Counted from the stretch's first letter, positions 39,284 through 50,101 are shown. The stretch: 64,000 nt of DNA from Spirochaetota bacterium (GCA_965249715.1 CBDFMP010000047.1:51922-115921); one strand, 5' to 3'. The notes: generated by a model from the sequence alone, not told the origin. Made by a program: numbers and translations.

Positions 39284-40359
39284 GACTGGGAAGTTGAGGA
39301 ACTGCTAGCTGCGGCTGTTTGGCGGCTGGCGCGGAAAGTTTTTTGATAATCAAAGGCGTCGCGAATGGCTTCACCTGCAAACATCAATAACGAGAGCATG
39401 GACGCAAGAACAAAAAATCCTGTCAATCCCAACCAGGGCGCGTTGAGATTGTTTTTGCCCTGATAAATGAGTTCTCCCAGCGAAGCGGTGGGCGGCGGCA
39501 GACCAAACCCTAAAAAATCCAATGCTGCCAGTGTTGTGATGGCGGAGGAGAGATTAAATGGCAGGAAGGTAATGGTCGCAATCATAGCATTTGGCAGGAC
39601 ATGGCGCAGCATAATGCGTGAATGGGAAAGACCAAGTGCTTTGGCTGCGCGGACATAACCCAAATTGCGTGTGCGCAGGAATTCGGCACGCACCACTCCC
39701 GTATAACCTATCCACGAAAAAAGCGAGAGCAACAAGAGGAAATAACTGAAAGACGGTAGAATAATGCTGGAAAGGATGATCAACAGATAGAGTGTAGGGA
39801 TCGATTCCCAAATTTCAATGAAACGCTGGAAAAAAAGATCCAGCCAACCGCCAAAATAACCCTGGACGGCGCCTGCGCTGACACCAATCACCATGGTAAT
39901 AGCCGTGAGCGCAAGACCAAAAAACGTTGAGAGGCGAAATCCATAGACAACACGTGCCAGTACGTCGCGTGCCTGATCATCGGTGCCCAGCCAATTATCC
40001 CAACTGGGGGGTGAGGGTGCAGGACGATCAAGCGCGGTTATTATAGTATCGTAGCTGTAAGGAACGGGGGGGAAGAGTAGCCAGCCGTTTTGTTCAATGA
40101 TGTCTTGCAGATAAGGATCCAGGTAATCCGCTTCGGTTGCAAACTCTCCGCCGAAACTTTGTTCGCTGTATGTTTTGAAAATGGGAAAATACCATTTGTT
40201 TTGATAAGAAACGATGAGCGGTTTGTCGTTGATGAAAAGCTCGGCACAGAGCGAAACAATGAAGAGCAGACTGAAGATCCATAGTGAATAATACCCGCGT
40301 TTATTTTCACGCAGATTGTTCAGTCGGCGCTGCCAGAGCGGCGATAATTTTACGATCAT
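39280..40359 (-). CDS. yejE: ABC transporter permease (OppC/YejE-like)
   Basis: 359 aa and polytopic. Overlaps the yejF start by 4 nt. Confidence 0.8.
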   Translation of the reverse strand: MIVKLSPLWQRRLNNLRENKRGYYSLWIFSLLFIVSLCAELFINDKPLIVSYQNKWYFPIFKTYSEQSFGGEFATEADYLDPYLQDIIEQNGWLLFPPVPYSYDTIITALDRPAPSPPSWDNWLGTDDQARDVLARVVYGFRLSTFFGLALTAITMVIGVSAGAVQGYFGGWLDLFFQRFIEIWESIPTLYLLIILSSIILPSFSYFLLLLSLFSWIGYTGVVRAEFLRTRNLGYVRAAKALGLSHSRIMLRHVLPNAMIATITFLPFNLSSAITTLAALDFLGFGLPPPTASLGELIYQGKNNLNAPWLGLTGFFVLASMLSLLMFAGEAIRDAFDYQKTFRASRQTAAASSSSTSQS

Positions 40360-40399
40360 TAATGTTTAGCCATGGTCCTTGTATGCGATTACGCAGGCA

Positions 40400-41485
40400 T
40401 TACCCTTCACGTCTTTCAAAATCAATGCGCGGGTCAATGATAACATAAAGGATGTCGGAAACTAGTTTTAAAATGAGTCCCAATAAAGAGAAAAAAAACA
40501 AACTGGCAAACATCACCGGGTAGTCATGACGAATGGTTGCTTCAAACCCTAAGAGCCCAAGTCCATCCAAGGAAAAGATCACTTCAATAAGCAGTGACGA
40601 TGTGAACAAGAGTCCCACTAAGATACTTGGAAAAGAAGAGATGATGAGCAGCATGGCATTTCTAAATACGTGGCGCATAAGGATTTGCCCTTCACTCAGA
40701 CCTTTTGCCCGCGCGGTGATCACATAATGTTTATGAATTTCATCAATAAAGGAATTTTTGGTGAGCAGGGTGAGCCCGGCGAAACCGGAGATGGTCATGG
40801 CTAATACGGGGAGGGCGAGGTGATGAAAATAGTCGCCGAGCTTGCTCCAAAAGGAGAGCTCGGCAAAATTTTCACTGACCAATCCGCGCAACGGGAACCA
40901 CTGAAAATATTCACCGCCCGCAAAAACGATGATCAGAAAGATGGCGAAGAGAAAATTGGGAATGGCATAACCAATGGTGATCATGGCACTGCTTGTCAGG
41001 TCAAAACGGCTGCCATCGCGTACTGCTTTGCGGATGCCCAAGGGGATGGAGATAAAATAAATGATGAGAGTCGTCCAGATGCCAAGCGAGATGGAGACAG
41101 GCAGTTTTTCAATGATCAACTCCACCACGCTGCGATCACGATAAAAACTTTCGCCAAATTGAAAAGTAAAATACCTTTTAAGCATACCCATAAACCGTTC
41201 CAACGGCGGTTTATCAAGACCGTAGAGGGCCGTCAGTTCAGTGCGCAGCTCAGCCTCCAGTCCGCTTGCGCCCCGGTAGCTCGATGCACCGCTTGAAAGG
41301 TTTTCGCTGCCGCCTTCGCTTGTAAGGCGCGCCAACATGCCGCTATCGCCGCTGTGGCTGAGGCGCGCCATCATGTCTTCTACAGGGCCGCCGGGGACAA
41401 ACTGGATGACAAGGAAGTTTATCGTCATAATCCCGACGAGTGTTGGAATGATGAGCAGGAGGCGTTTAATGATGTAAAGTGTCAT
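40400..41485 (-). CDS. yejB: ABC transporter permease (OppB/YejB-like)
   Basis: 361 aa. N-terminal TM helix, then the conserved permease core. Confidence 0.8.
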   Translation of the reverse strand: MTLYIIKRLLLIIPTLVGIMTINFLVIQFVPGGPVEDMMARLSHSGDSGMLARLTSEGGSENLSSGASSYRGASGLEAELRTELTALYGLDKPPLERFMGMLKRYFTFQFGESFYRDRSVVELIIEKLPVSISLGIWTTLIIYFISIPLGIRKAVRDGSRFDLTSSAMITIGYAIPNFLFAIFLIIVFAGGEYFQWFPLRGLVSENFAELSFWSKLGDYFHHLALPVLAMTISGFAGLTLLTKNSFIDEIHKHYVITARAKGLSEGQILMRHVFRNAMLLIISSFPSILVGLLFTSSLLIEVIFSLDGLGLLGFEATIRHDYPVMFASLFFFSLLGLILKLVSDILYVIIDPRIDFERREG

Positions 41486-41578
41486 CGTGATGCACTGATA
41501 CGCTTGCAGGATTATGCGTGCTGAGCCGCTGGTTTATACTGGGATGCAAGAGGGCTAAACTGACTGATGTAAGCCATT

Positions 41579-41720
41579 GGCAGTTGGCGCAGTTGGCAGT
41601 TGGCAGTTGGCAGTTGGCAGTTGGCAGTTGGCAGTTGGCAGTTGGCAGTTGGCAGTTGGCAGTTGGCAGTTGGCAGTTGGCAGTTGGCAGTTGGCAGTTG
41701 GCAGTTGGCAGTTGGCAGTG
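41579..41720. repeat. heptanucleotide microsatellite (GGCAGTT)n, about 20 units, one variant unit
   Basis: Near-perfect array in the 266-bp spacer between yejA and yejB. Confidence 0.95.
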
Positions 41721-41751
41721 TGGGGTATTGCTGTGAGGTATCCGTGTAAGC

Positions 41752-43719
41752 TTAGCGTGTGAAGGAGAACTGGGCACTGAGCGCACGAGCTTTTTCTGCA
41801 TCAATCCACCATGCGGTGAACGGCACGCCATAAGGCGGAGCTGTCTTGGGTTTGCCAAAGCGTTCCCAGTACAGGACGCGAAAAGAGGCAATGTACCATT
41901 GCGGGATAATGTAATGTTCCCAGCGCAAGATCCTATCCAAGGCACGCGTATGGGCTAGCAGCTCAGTGCGTGTACGGGTGGCAATCAGTTTTTCAACAAC
42001 TTCATCAATAACAGGATTTTGAATGCCGATGAGATTGCGCGACCCCGGTGTTTGTGCGGCTTGCGAGCTCCAGAAATCGCGTTGTTCGTTGCCCGGTGAA
42101 CTGGACTGACCAAATGTGCCGATGATCATATCAAAGTCAAATTTTTGCACAATATTCTCATATTGCGCAGTATTGATGGTGGCAACCTGAACCTTGATGC
42201 CCAATTTTTTCATATTTTGCACAAAAGGATTGACGATGCGTTCAAAGGCAGCGAGTACAAGGAGGATTTTAAATTCCATGCGCTTGCCGCTTGTGTTATG
42301 GACGCGCATGCCGTTTTGGACAGTCCAGCCTGCTTCATTGAGCAGGGCTGTAGCTTTACGTAGGTTCGCGCGGATATTGCCGGAGCCGTCTGTTTGTGGG
42401 GGCGTGTAAACCTGGGTGAAGACTTCATCGGGAATGCGCCCTTTATACGGCTTAAGGATTTTAAGTTCGGCGGGACTGGGCAGTCCTTTTGCCGATAACT
42501 CACTATTGTTGAAATAGCTGTTTGCGCGGGTGTAGGCATTGTAAAAAAGCACGCGGTTAGACCACTCAAAGTCAAACGCATAAGCTAATGCTGCGCGTAC
42601 ACGTCTGTCTTTGAAGATGTTTTTGCGGATATTGAAGACAAACCCCTGCACGCCTTGTGGATTTTTATCGGGAATAAGACTTTTTTTGAGCAGCCCGTTT
42701 TTGACGGCAGTAATATCGTAGCTGGTTGCCCAGGCCTTGGAATTGTTTTCGTTCAGAAAGTCAATTTTCCCGGAGCGCAGTGCTTCGCGGATGATGTCCA
42801 AACTCTTGTAGTAGTCGTAACGAATTTCATCAAAATTGTCAAAGCCTTTTTTGATCGGGACGTTGCGCCCCCAGTAGTCGGGCATACGTTCATAAGTAAT
42901 AGATTTACCAGGGCGCACATTTTTTATTTTATAAGGACCACTGCCTAGCGGCGCTTTTAAGGTGGTTTTACTGAAGTCGCGGGTGGCCCAATAGTGTTTG
43001 GGCAGGATCACCAATTGACCAAGGATGAGGGGGAGCTCGTGATTGGCTGTGGAGAAGTCAAAGCGCACCACGCGCGGGGCTGTTTGTGTGACACTTTTTA
43101 CATTTTTATAATAAACGCGATAAAACGGCGCGCCTTTTTCTACAAGCGCGTTAAATGTCCAGATCACATCGGCAGGTGTGACAGGTTTGCCATCATGCCA
43201 GCGCGCTTCTTTACGCAAGGTAAATGCCACCCAGCGCCGTGTATCGTCGTAATGAATACGCTCTGCCAGCAGTCCGTACTCGACGCTTTTTTCATCCAGC
43301 GTGCTAGCGGTGAGCGTATCGTAAATATTGCCGATGCCATCCCCGCTTTCGCCTTTAATAATAAACGGGTTCAGGTTATCGAAACTGCCCAATGCACCAA
43401 GTACTACTTTGCCGCCCTTGGGCGCATTGGGATTCACGTAAGCTAAATGTTTAAAATTGTCTGAATACTTCGGTTTGCCGTGTATGCTAACGGCATGCGA
43501 ACCGGTTTTGCTGCTTTGTGCCAGAAGGTTGAGACTTAGTAAGCTGAGTACAAGTAAGAGTGATTGCCAGAATAGTGCTGGCGGGTGTTTATCCGCTAAG
43601 CGACTGAATAGTTGAAAGGGAGTTTTAAATTTTATAATCATCTTGACCTTCTTTTGATAGTTTGACTTTTGAATTGTAAATGATTGTTGTTTGCACGGAG
43701 CAGTTTTAAGGTAAACCAA
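41752..43719 (-). CDS. yejA: ABC transporter substrate-binding protein, family 5 (YejA/OppA-like)
   Basis: 655 aa with a signal peptide. First gene of the yejABEF-like operon. Confidence 0.8.
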   Translation of the reverse strand: MVYLKTAPCKQQSFTIQKSNYQKKVKMIIKFKTPFQLFSRLADKHPPALFWQSLLLVLSLLSLNLLAQSSKTGSHAVSIHGKPKYSDNFKHLAYVNPNAPKGGKVVLGALGSFDNLNPFIIKGESGDGIGNIYDTLTASTLDEKSVEYGLLAERIHYDDTRRWVAFTLRKEARWHDGKPVTPADVIWTFNALVEKGAPFYRVYYKNVKSVTQTAPRVVRFDFSTANHELPLILGQLVILPKHYWATRDFSKTTLKAPLGSGPYKIKNVRPGKSITYERMPDYWGRNVPIKKGFDNFDEIRYDYYKSLDIIREALRSGKIDFLNENNSKAWATSYDITAVKNGLLKKSLIPDKNPQGVQGFVFNIRKNIFKDRRVRAALAYAFDFEWSNRVLFYNAYTRANSYFNNSELSAKGLPSPAELKILKPYKGRIPDEVFTQVYTPPQTDGSGNIRANLRKATALLNEAGWTVQNGMRVHNTSGKRMEFKILLVLAAFERIVNPFVQNMKKLGIKVQVATINTAQYENIVQKFDFDMIIGTFGQSSSPGNEQRDFWSSQAAQTPGSRNLIGIQNPVIDEVVEKLIATRTRTELLAHTRALDRILRWEHYIIPQWYIASFRVLYWERFGKPKTAPPYGVPFTAWWIDAEKARALSAQFSFTR

Positions 43720-43742
43720 TTGAAGACTTAGTGCTTGGGAGG

Positions 43743-44684
43743 TTAGGGACTGCTGTTTTGTGCAGCAGCAGGTGTTTGTGTTTGTGTTTTGGAGTGAAAT
43801 GCACTGGGGGAGACAATCGCTTCACCGCGCAGGCGCAGGACAATTTGCGCGACCGCTAGACAGTCTTGCTCGCAATACTCGTAAATGTTTTGCATTGCCC
43901 GTTTATGGTAGTATAACTCGTGAATCATGCTTCCGTCCACTGATTCGGCTGTGCCTGTTGTTTTGGGCGATGGAAATTCCAATGTTTGCGCGATTAATTC
44001 CAATGAAGCGTAATTTTTTGTCCCCATAAACTTCCATAACTCCATTGTGTCCAAAAGCCAGTAAGTATTCCAAGGTTTCTTTTGCAACAGTTGCAATGCA
44101 GGCGGGAGCGTAAGTGCATGAATAATGCTGCGCCGACAGATAAAGGGGTAGTCAAAATTAAAACCATTGTGTGCACAAAGGTAAAAAGTCGATTTTCTTT
44201 CAAGAAGCTTATGGAACTGAGTGAGGATTGTTTTTTCATTATCCCCATAAAACGATTTGGCTAAAAACTTGTACGTGGCGGCGGCATTGTTTGATGAAGA
44301 GCTTTCTTCTGGAGTAAGATATCCCACCGAAATACAGACAATCTTTGCGAATTCACTGTGAATACCGGCTTCGGTTAAATAAAGCGCTTCTGCTACATTG
44401 GGCGGGACGATGGCATTGCGAGCTAGGTAATCACGGATAGCTTGTGCGGAGGCTGTGGGTTGCGGTACAGGGTTTAAGGCATTACGCAGCGCGGCATATT
44501 TGTTTTGAAATGCAATAAGTGAGGCAGCTTTTTTTTGCCAGCGTTTTTGGGCACTGCCGGTTAATTCATCAAATGCAGCCGCCTTTGCCACTGTTTCAAT
44601 GTCAATAAACAAGATCTGCTCAAGTTTGAGCTTGTTAAAATCATGATAATTGATGGGGTGATTCACGTTTTCAGCAGTAAACAA
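43743..44684 (-). CDS. predicted 3'-5' exonuclease, RNase H-like fold (PolB-exonuclease-related)
   Basis: 313 aa. LFIDIETVA (Exo I-like DxE), HNGFNFDYPFI and YCEQDCLAVAQI (YxxxD) motifs. It diverges from rpmH. Confidence 0.5.
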   Translation of the reverse strand: MFTAENVNHPINYHDFNKLKLEQILFIDIETVAKAAAFDELTGSAQKRWQKKAASLIAFQNKYAALRNALNPVPQPTASAQAIRDYLARNAIVPPNVAEALYLTEAGIHSEFAKIVCISVGYLTPEESSSSNNAAATYKFLAKSFYGDNEKTILTQFHKLLERKSTFYLCAHNGFNFDYPFICRRSIIHALTLPPALQLLQKKPWNTYWLLDTMELWKFMGTKNYASLELIAQTLEFPSPKTTGTAESVDGSMIHELYYHKRAMQNIYEYCEQDCLAVAQIVLRLRGEAIVSPSAFHSKTQTQTPAAAQNSSP

Positions 44685-44784
44685 CGGAGCTGCAATAATT
44701 GTTTACAAGTTAGCAGCCAAGCCGTTAAAAATTATTGACAGGATTCATGAAGTATTATATAATATAATCGTATGGAATCAGTAT

Positions 44785-44929
44785 AATGAAGAAAACCTAT
44801 CAACCCAAGCGTTTAAAACGAGCACGCAAGTTTGGCTTCAGGTGTAGAATGTTTAGCAAAAGCGGGCGTGCCATTATTAATGCACGAAGACGTAAAGGAA
44901 GACAAAGGCTCACATCTGCCGACGAATAG
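44785..44929 (+). CDS. rpmH: 50S ribosomal protein L34, reading frame broken by an apparent +1 indel near 44818-44822
   Basis: [12 protein letters not shown] is in frame 1 from the ATG at 44785. [35 protein letters not shown] continues in frame 2 and ends at the tag at 44927-44929. Together they give a canonical 47-aa L34. As written, frame 1 stops after 20 codons. Confidence 0.7.
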
Positions 44930-45284
44930 CTCCAAACAGCGCAATGGCCGTATTCATGCAAAGGACTACAAGCAACTTTTTGTTAACAGTAGGAAAATCT
45001 ATGCTGGTTATTGTGTTTTTTATTATAAGCAGCAGCAACTGGCTAAAGTAATTAAGGCATCTGCTAGTAAGAAATCTGGTAAAGCGCATCAAAGAAACTA
45101 TTACAAGCGTCGCATACGGCATATCTTGCGACTGCTTCCTCTGCGCCATGATGTTTTTTTGCTTGCAATTGTTCTAAAACCACATCGGATGGCTTTTAAT
45201 CATGAAAAAAGTTATTTGGCTAAGAAATTGCGACCTTTATTTAGCGAAAGCAAGTCAGTTTCTTATCAGGCTTTATCAATATAG
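44880..45284 (+). CDS. rnpA: ribonuclease P protein component
   Basis: [22 protein letters not shown] matches the RnpA K-K-x-x-x-A-V-x-R-N-R-x-K-R-x-x-R motif. The ATG at 44880 overlaps the rpmH 3' end by ~50 nt in another frame. Confidence 0.7.
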   Translation: MHEDVKEDKGSHLPTNSSKQRNGRIHAKDYKQLFVNSRKIYAGYCVFYYKQQQLAKVIKASASKKSGKAHQRNYYKRRIRHILRLLPLRHDVFLLAIVLKPHRMAFNHEKSYLAKKLRPLFSESKSVSYQALSI

Positions 45285-45456
45285 CTTAGCGCCGCATTTT
45301 CCGCCAACTTGTCGTTTTCTGCCCACCTGTTCTGCTTATGCTTATGAGGCTTACGGGACATGGGGCTTTTGCAAGGGATCTTATTTGGCGGTAAAGCGAA
45401 TCTTGGTATGTCATCCGTTTAGCAAACCGTGTGTAGATAATGTTCCGAAAGTTTGA
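45202..45456 (+). CDS. yidD: membrane protein insertion efficiency factor YidD
   Basis: 84 aa. [53 protein letters not shown] is the YidD signature. Overlaps the rnpA 3' end by 83 nt. Confidence 0.8.
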   Translation: MKKVIWLRNCDLYLAKASQFLIRLYQYSLAPHFPPTCRFLPTCSAYAYEAYGTWGFCKGSYLAVKRILVCHPFSKPCVDNVPKV

Positions 45457-45773
45457 ATGTTTATTCTTCCTGTCCTTAACTTATAAGGGATGCCAGACTT
45501 TATTCTGTTAGAATGGAGTATGGTTGCGCGTTTGTTAAGGGTTGAGCAGTTTCTTTTGTGTTGATGTTCGGGTTTAGCTTACTTAGTGAAGCTTGGCTTG
45601 GCGTTGACTTTTCCATACTCGAACAAGTGGGCAGTTTTTTACTGCTTGCTATGTTATAGTTTTTTGCGGGGTGCTGAGTACTGTAAATGGTTGGTGTTTG
45701 CCTTAAGCTGAGCGGATCAAGCTGGGACTTTGTTAGGTATGTGAGGTTAGGATGAATATTCAGGAGTGTATGT

Positions 45774-47585
45774 TTGGTGATAGAAACTGAGAATCGTTTT
45801 GACAAATTACGTTACCCCTTGGCGGTTGGGCTGTCAACGGGGATTATTTTATTATGGTATTTTGTTTATAGTCCTAACCCAAAGGTGCCCGAGGACGCAG
45901 GCGGCAGCAATGCTGAGACCAGCGAACAAACCGCAGCGCCTATGGCTGATGAACTGTTGCCAGAAGTAACATCAGCTGATGATGTGCTCTTAAACGATTT
46001 GCCGCAAGCGGCAACTGCAGCGGATACAGCGGTGCCGCTAAACGATGCTGTGGAAACGGTTGTTTTAAGTAATGCCGTGATGAAGTTGCAGTTCAGTACG
46101 GATGATGCTGTCGTCACAGCTGCTGAGGTTTTAAATGGTACGAATGAGGAGGCGCAAGCTGCTGGTGTTTGGAGTGAAGATTTTGAGGCAATGGGGCTGC
46201 CGGGATTTTTCACAGGTAAAGTGTTTTTTAGCGAAACCTTCCCCAGTCTAAGTAGTGCCAGCGTTCAACGAATCATTTACACTGTTGTGGCTGTAACGGA
46301 AAACAGCGTCACCATGCAAACACAGCTTAAAGGGCAGCGTGGGATTGTGACCGTTGAAAAATATTACGAACTCAACGATGCTTTTGAATTAAAACTGCGC
46401 ATTCGCTTCAGCGATGAGCAGGGACGCCCGGTGCGCGTGCCTTATCATGTGTTAAATGGTGCCAATTTAGGTGATGCGGCGGGTACGAAGAAAAGTCCTT
46501 TTGATATTAAACGTTTGTCTTATCAGCGTGGCAATGACAATGATACAATCCTCGATGCTTCATTTTTTGGCAGCGATCAGACTTTTAGCGAAATAACAGG
46601 CGCGGTGGATTGGTTGGCCTTGGATAATCGTTTTTACGCACGTGTGTTAAAAGCTGCTCAAGATGTTCAATTGGATAAAGCCGTTTTTGCTAAACGCAGT
46701 ACGGTGCAGTTCGATGGGCGTGAGGATTTTTATATGGCGGGAGCATTGCAGGTGAGCGGCGATGGCGACGATGAGTTTACGTTTTATTATTTCCCTAAAA
46801 ACCGTGCAGTATTAAATGATTATTATGAGCGGACGCAGGAACATTTCTTCAGCTTGTTTCATCAATTTTCGTTTATGCGTATTCTTTCTTCAATTATGTA
46901 TTGGTTATTGCAGCAGATTAACATTGTGTTGAACAGTTATGGTTGGTCTATTTTAGTGATGACAATCTTGGTGAAACTCGCAATCCTCCCGCTTACGCAC
47001 AGGGGGATGCGTTCAATGTACAGAATGCAGCAACTCAGTCCTAAACTTGAAGCAATTAAAGCACAATATAAGGCACATCCGCAAAAATTGAATGCTGAGA
47101 TGATGCTTTTGTACAGGAAAGAGAAAGTTTCTCCATTGGGGGGGTGTTTGCCAATGTTGCTGCCCATTCCTATTTTTATTGCATTGTACTCGTTATTTCA
47201 GAATATGGTGGAGTTGCGCGATGTTTCGTTTTTTTGGATCCGCGACCTTTCAATACCAGACACCATTTATAAATTTAGTTTTGATCTTCCGCTTTTGGGC
47301 AATGAGCTCAATCTTTTGCCAATCTTGATGACGACTACGGCTTTAGGGCAGGCATTATTGCCAAGCAGTCCTCAGCAGAGCAAAGCCAAACTAAGTAGTG
47401 CTTCGCCTACGGCACAGAGTATGCAGAAGCAGATGATGATGATGAAATATATTTTTCCGGTCATGTTCTTTTTTATTTGCTGGAATTTGCCGAGCGCCTT
47501 AGTCTTTTTTTGGACTATTCAAAATGTTTTTTCATTCTTTCAAGCTCTTTATACAAGAAAAGCTCTTAATTTTAGCGGAGGGTAA
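45774..47585 (+). CDS. yidC: membrane protein insertase YidC
   Basis: 603 aa. N-terminal TM, large periplasmic domain, then the conserved C-terminal five-TM core. Confidence 0.9.
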   Translation: MVIETENRFDKLRYPLAVGLSTGIILLWYFVYSPNPKVPEDAGGSNAETSEQTAAPMADELLPEVTSADDVLLNDLPQAATAADTAVPLNDAVETVVLSNAVMKLQFSTDDAVVTAAEVLNGTNEEAQAAGVWSEDFEAMGLPGFFTGKVFFSETFPSLSSASVQRIIYTVVAVTENSVTMQTQLKGQRGIVTVEKYYELNDAFELKLRIRFSDEQGRPVRVPYHVLNGANLGDAAGTKKSPFDIKRLSYQRGNDNDTILDASFFGSDQTFSEITGAVDWLALDNRFYARVLKAAQDVQLDKAVFAKRSTVQFDGREDFYMAGALQVSGDGDDEFTFYYFPKNRAVLNDYYERTQEHFFSLFHQFSFMRILSSIMYWLLQQINIVLNSYGWSILVMTILVKLAILPLTHRGMRSMYRMQQLSPKLEAIKAQYKAHPQKLNAEMMLLYRKEKVSPLGGCLPMLLPIPIFIALYSLFQNMVELRDVSFFWIRDLSIPDTIYKFSFDLPLLGNELNLLPILMTTTALGQALLPSSPQQSKAKLSSASPTAQSMQKQMMMMKYIFPVMFFFICWNLPSALVFFWTIQNVFSFFQALYTRKALNFSGG

Positions 47586-47590
47586 TTCCT

Positions 47591-48217
47591 ATGTTGTACG
47601 TAGATTATGAAGCAAACACAGTTGATGAGGCTGTGGTTAAGGCAGTTGAAAAACTGGGGGTCAATAAGGCGGATATCACGACGGAGGTTTTGCGCGAAGC
47701 CAAGCGGGGTATCTTTGGGATCGGGCAGAAGGCTCTTGCGAAAGTGCGCATTTATTACAAAGAGAAAAACGATATTGATGCAGTCTTAGCAAATGTAAAA
47801 GGATTGGTTATGCATTTGGATGAAGAGGCGAAAATCAATTTCCGTAAACTCTCAGAAACGCGCTACGATGTTGTCATCAATAGCCAAAATATTTCGCATA
47901 TGATCGGTAAAAAAGGGAAGACGCTTAAAGCTATGCAGACACTTGTGAATAGCTTTTTGCAGAAGTACAATAACCCCTGTAGTATTATTGTTGATATCGA
48001 TCATTACAATATGAAGCGCGAAGAACAGTTTTCACGATGGGCGGAAGGACAAGCGCGTGAGGTGTTGAAAACTAAACGTTCCATTGTTTTGAAGTCCTTG
48101 AATTCTTATGAGCGCCGAATTATTCACTTAGAAATTACAAAATTTAAGGATATCGTCTCAGAGTCCAAGGGAAAGGGGCGCATTAAAAACATTAAGATCA
48201 AGTACGTCGGCAGTTGA
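47591..48217 (+). CDS. jag: Jag/KhpB-like RNA-binding protein (KH + R3H domains)
   Basis: 208 aa. R3H-like YERRIIHLEI near the C-terminus. Conserved position after yidC. Confidence 0.8.
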   Translation: MLYVDYEANTVDEAVVKAVEKLGVNKADITTEVLREAKRGIFGIGQKALAKVRIYYKEKNDIDAVLANVKGLVMHLDEEAKINFRKLSETRYDVVINSQNISHMIGKKGKTLKAMQTLVNSFLQKYNNPCSIIVDIDHYNMKREEQFSRWAEGQAREVLKTKRSIVLKSLNSYERRIIHLEITKFKDIVSESKGKGRIKNIKIKYVGS

Positions 48218-48285
48218 ACTTGTGTTGCCACAGCTTGTGTTTAGTGGCGGATGGCTTTGTTGCCGTCAATTTAAATGAACCTGCT

Positions 48286-48308
48286 GATTGCGATTGCGAT
48301 TGCGATTG
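48286..48308. repeat. hexanucleotide repeat (GATTGC)x4 in the jag-mnmE spacer
   Basis: gattgcgattgcgattgcgattgtg. Confidence 0.7.
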
Positions 48309-48354
48309 TGTGAGCTTGGCTAGTGCGCTAAGCCGTGAGCGCGTGTAAGCGTTA

Positions 48355-49998
48355 TTGGGGGCGGGGGTGCCAATGGATGTTCTGACGCGTATGGACGCCA
48401 CCATCATCCAATTGCTTACCCCGCGTGCACCGGCGGCGGTGCATATTATCCGTCTTTCCGGGCAGGAAAGTCTTTCATTTCTACGCGCGCACACGCGTTT
48501 GCAGTCCAAGCTCAGTGCGCGGCGTATGTATTATACGCCGTTTTTTGCAGCGCCGCAGACAGCTGATGAAGTAGCTGGGGCTGTCCAAGCGCTCGATCAT
48601 ATTCTTTGTGTGTATTTTAACGCGCCTTATTCGTTCACGGGCGAAGCAGTGGTGGAATTGCATTTGCATGGCTCGCTTTTCATTGTAGATGAAGTGTTGC
48701 GTGCGGGATTGCGTGCGGGATTGCGGTTGGCAGAACGCGGTGAATTCAGCTATCGCGCATTTCTCAACGGCAAACTCACAAGCGAACAAGCTGAAGCTTT
48801 GGATGCACTGATCCATGCACGCAGTGTTTACACACATCGCAATGCCATTAACCTCCTCCAGCAGCAGAGCTCTTTTGCATTTGCTGACTTGCAGCATAAA
48901 TTATTGGCGATGCTGGCAACACTGGAGAGCGCGATTGAATTTCCCGAAGAAGACATTCCCGAGTTAGAGCTTGATAAAACAACACTTTACAGCCGTTATG
49001 AAAAACAATTGACCGAGCTGCAGCTGAGTTTTCAGCAGCTGCTTGCCAATTACCAACGCGGGCAAAAGTTGGAAGCGGGGCTCCGCGTTGTGATCCTGGG
49101 CGCGCCGAACGTAGGAAAATCCACCCTGCTCAATGTTCTATTGAATACCGAACGCGCTTTGGTCTCTGAACATGCAGGCACCACGCGTGATTACATTGAG
49201 GCGAACTTGGAGCTTGGCGGTACGCGTTTTATCCTCACAGATACCGCAGGACTGCGCGCAGCAGACGATGCAACAGAACGTGCAGGCATCGCCAAGACTG
49301 CTGAGGTGACCGCACACGCCGATGTTATCATTCTGCTGCTGGGTTTGACGGAAGGTTCAGGCGAGCAGCAATACGCTGAGCTGCGTGCGCAATGTGCCAC
49401 ATTGCTTGAGCTTGAGGAATTGAAGCTGGCGGAACGGGAAGCGATTGCCGCGCGCGCATCCAATGCTGCCGCTCCCCATGCAAAAGCCAATACACATCGC
49501 AATCATACAGGTGTGTTAGGCCTCAGTCCGCAGTTTTTGCTGTACTGGAACAAGTCCGATTTATGTCCAGCTGCTGTCTGGGATGAGTTATGTGTAAAAT
49601 TGCAAGCCGATGTTTCCTTTCAACGCCTCTTCCGCTTGGTACATTTAGTGGGGGGGATTGAGGCGCTGGACGTTAACCAGCGATTTTCATTGACACAGGA
49701 CGCAGCGGCAGCCATTGACAATGTGCAGGCAGCATTGCAACGCTGTGCAGTATCGATAAGCGGTGCGCGTGCTGATGGGCATTCCCTTGCCTTGCTCAAT
49801 GTCAGACAGGCGGCGATCACTGAGCGATTGCTCGCTGGTTTTGCGCGTGCATTGGAACTGGTGCGGGTGGGGGAGAGTGAGGAGATCTTAGCAGAGGAGT
49901 TTCGCACACTTGGCGACTACTTTAGCGAATTGGGGTTCTCTACCCACAATGAAAAACTTTACGATACGCTTTTTAAGCAGTTTTGTATTGGTAAGTGA
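48355..49998 (+). CDS. mnmE: tRNA modification GTPase MnmE (TrmE)
   Basis: 547 aa. G-domain GAPNVGKSTLLN, DTAGLR, NKSD. C-terminal FCIGK motif. About 35 extra Ala-rich residues lie between G3 and G4. Confidence 0.9.
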   Translation: MGAGVPMDVLTRMDATIIQLLTPRAPAAVHIIRLSGQESLSFLRAHTRLQSKLSARRMYYTPFFAAPQTADEVAGAVQALDHILCVYFNAPYSFTGEAVVELHLHGSLFIVDEVLRAGLRAGLRLAERGEFSYRAFLNGKLTSEQAEALDALIHARSVYTHRNAINLLQQQSSFAFADLQHKLLAMLATLESAIEFPEEDIPELELDKTTLYSRYEKQLTELQLSFQQLLANYQRGQKLEAGLRVVILGAPNVGKSTLLNVLLNTERALVSEHAGTTRDYIEANLELGGTRFILTDTAGLRAADDATERAGIAKTAEVTAHADVIILLLGLTEGSGEQQYAELRAQCATLLELEELKLAEREAIAARASNAAAPHAKANTHRNHTGVLGLSPQFLLYWNKSDLCPAAVWDELCVKLQADVSFQRLFRLVHLVGGIEALDVNQRFSLTQDAAAAIDNVQAALQRCAVSISGARADGHSLALLNVRQAAITERLLAGFARALELVRVGESEEILAEEFRTLGDYFSELGFSTHNEKLYDTLFKQFCIGK

Positions 49999-50101
49999 GC
50001 CACTAATGATTGAGCATGATGATCAATGATGCAGCTTGATTTATAGATTTTGGGTGGAATATGTTATAATGAGCTGCAAACTTTACACGAGGGGATGAAT
50101 A

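Noticed and set aside
41466-41945. 159-aa minus-strand ORF encoding (CQLPTAN)n
   Set aside because: It is the in-frame read-through of the 7-bp microsatellite (7 x 21 is divisible by 3) in the yejA-yejB spacer. No start context or coding signal lies outside the repeat.
44832-45284. ORF-track start (TTG at 44832) for the rnpA-containing ORF
   Set aside because: It would overlap two-thirds of rpmH. The ATG at 44880 gives an N-terminal length closer to known RnpA proteins. The exact start is still uncertain.
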